A stretch of 63,550 nucleotides of DNA, the filler included, from Choristocarpus tenellus KU-1152 (taxonomy: Eukaryota; Protista; Phaeophyceae): NCBI GenBank assembly GCA_964200185.2. It is 11 parts of 11 records of this genome, joined end to end, with 100 filler letters (N's around TTAATTAATTAA, not from the genome) between each part and the next. Parts side by side here need not be neighbours in the genome. Positions count along the whole stretch, not along the records: positions 60,124 to 63,550 come from CAXNAD020020108.1; 10 more parts are not named here. One strand, given 5' to 3'. The position numbers were made by a program, and so were the translations under genes. Below the pieces are notes generated by a model. It worked only from the letters and a program-made list of their open reading frames with translations, had not been told where the DNA came from and searched no databases. Shown piece after piece: positions 62,044-63,550 of the stretch. How positions within the stretch are numbered: the stretch's first letter is position 1; the number at the start of each line of letters is the position of its first letter.

Positions 62044-63550
62044 AATGAAGCTGTGTAGTTGTGGTCTAGTCGCTTATCATCCTGCAGAAGTAATTGAGAC
62101 CCTGTGCTACGTGTGAGTGTCTGAGTACACAGGACAGCGAGAATGATTTTGGGGGATGACTTGAGGGGTGGCATTGGGCGCAAGCTTGATATCAAGACAG
62201 GCCAGTCCGCCGCCGTGGACAAGCATCACGCAGGAAGTAGCGAGGGTCTACGACTCTAGAAGGGCAAAAGGATTGGATTTTAGATTAGGCCTTGATGGGA
62301 GAGCTCAATGATGAGCGAGGGGGGAGGATGCAGTTCTGTGGTTTCAGGGTGTTAAGTGTGGACTCCCGAGGAGAGAGGTTACCTGTCAAAAAAGAGAAGG
62401 CTTGTCAACAGGTCTCGGTAGAGAGGCTAGGTCGCATCTCAGTTGCTGAAGTTGGCGCCACCTTCTTTATAGGTTGGTAGAGTGGAGGGGTTTTTGTCGA
62501 TATGTTGCACAGGGTACTGTTGTGTGCCGGTCAGCGAGGTATTGTTGATGGAACTCGAGCCCTAATCCTAACCATTTTTTAAAGGCTATTGGTACTGATG
62601 TGCCTTAACGGAGTCAAGGTTAGGCTTGTGCGCAGTGCTTGGGACAATATTTTCGACAGGGTTCACAGAGGGGGGGTTACATGTGCACACATCGAGATGG
62701 TACTGAATTATCGAAGTGGATCTTAGGTTCGATGTTGATTCATCTCCAAATGCTTGGATTGTGGCGTCGCTGCAATTCATGGTGTTGTGAAGAGGCTTTG
62801 TGGCATGTCAGTTGGTGTATCCGATGCCGGTCGAAGTTGTGTATGTGTGTGTGACACATGCAATGAAAAAGAGAGAAAGAGAAACTGTCATTTTATCTTT
62901 TTTTAGGGCAGGGATATTTTTGAAGAGCCTTTTTTTTTATATGTGATAGTTAGCTTTTCAAAGACTTTTCAGGTCTTGAAGTTGAGGAGATATGCCTTCA
63001 AGACCATGCAGTGACCTGTTGGCCAATGAGGACGATGCGTGAAAGTGAACTGGTACACGGGTGCATTATGATGGTACCACCATTAGGTACAGTGTGTGTA
63101 CCGGAGAATGTTCTTCACTCTCCGGTCCAAAAAAATATTTTTGGTTCGGAACAAAGAACTCATCCGTCTGATTGTCGGGTAGGTGCCAGTTCAATAGAAC
63201 ACTCCACACAGTACCTTTCCAATGCAATGATTCTGTCGTTGAGACAGTTTTGTCCGCGTGCCCTTTTGCACACTCATCCCTCTACCACATGTTTTTTCTA
63301 TCGTACAGTTACCTCCTGTCAACAGCTCTATTCCAAAAATAGACAACCAACCATCTATTGAATATCTCCAGTTTCTGCTTGCGTAAGGTATATAATTTTT
63401 GGGGGTTTTTAAATGATGTATTCATATCCTGCCTTTCTATCAATTTCTCCTGCACTGCACTTCCTAGAAGCACTCTCTGGAGTATACCGGCTCCTGCTGA
63501 TCCTCACTATTCGCACCCCCCCCCCCCTTTATAGCGACCGCCCCAACCCT

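Noticed and set aside
60515-63550. Short ORFs with Cys motifs in the last contig
   Set aside because: Broken frames with no assignable family; probably intronic TE debris.
1-63550. Fanzor/TnpB, hammerhead ribozymes, tRNA or rRNA genes
   Set aside because: By eye I found no RuvC/zinc-finger layout, no complete hammerhead core around the CTGATGA hits, and no tRNA/rRNA signature; an Infernal/HMM scan is needed to exclude them.

Overview
Eukaryotic, intron-rich nuclear DNA, not prokaryotic. The window is 11 short contigs joined by ten artificial 100-bp spacers (N44-TTAATTAATTAA-N44), so order across spacers carries no meaning. GT-AG introns, a bipartite plastid-targeting presequence, a ciliary gene and the retroelement types point to a photosynthetic stramenopile, probably a brown alga or close relative (inference). 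Host genes I could reconstruct by hand: a KLHDC10-like Kelch protein, the 3' end of a ferredoxin-type glutamate synthase, plastid SufA/IscA, FAM183/CFAP144, Rab geranylgeranyltransferase alpha head-to-head with proteasome beta5, a U2AF65-like protein and a few unknown genes. Most of the rest is decayed mobile DNA: several MITE families sharing a CAAAGTA terminal core (one copy nested in another), a Stowaway-like MITE, CRE-like non-LTR RT and RLE fragments, a copia RNase H/PPT relic with a 33-bp collapsed LTR, and a pogo/CENP-B relic. The best candidates for something undescribed are (i) the intronless, virus-like contigs at 20.8-27.4 kb, which hold a 400-bp hairpin and a duplicated repeat-plus-hairpin module, (ii) the multi-family MITE system with asymmetric ends, and (iii) a CpG-decay signature that suggests DNA methylation. 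I found no intact, clearly novel multi-gene system.
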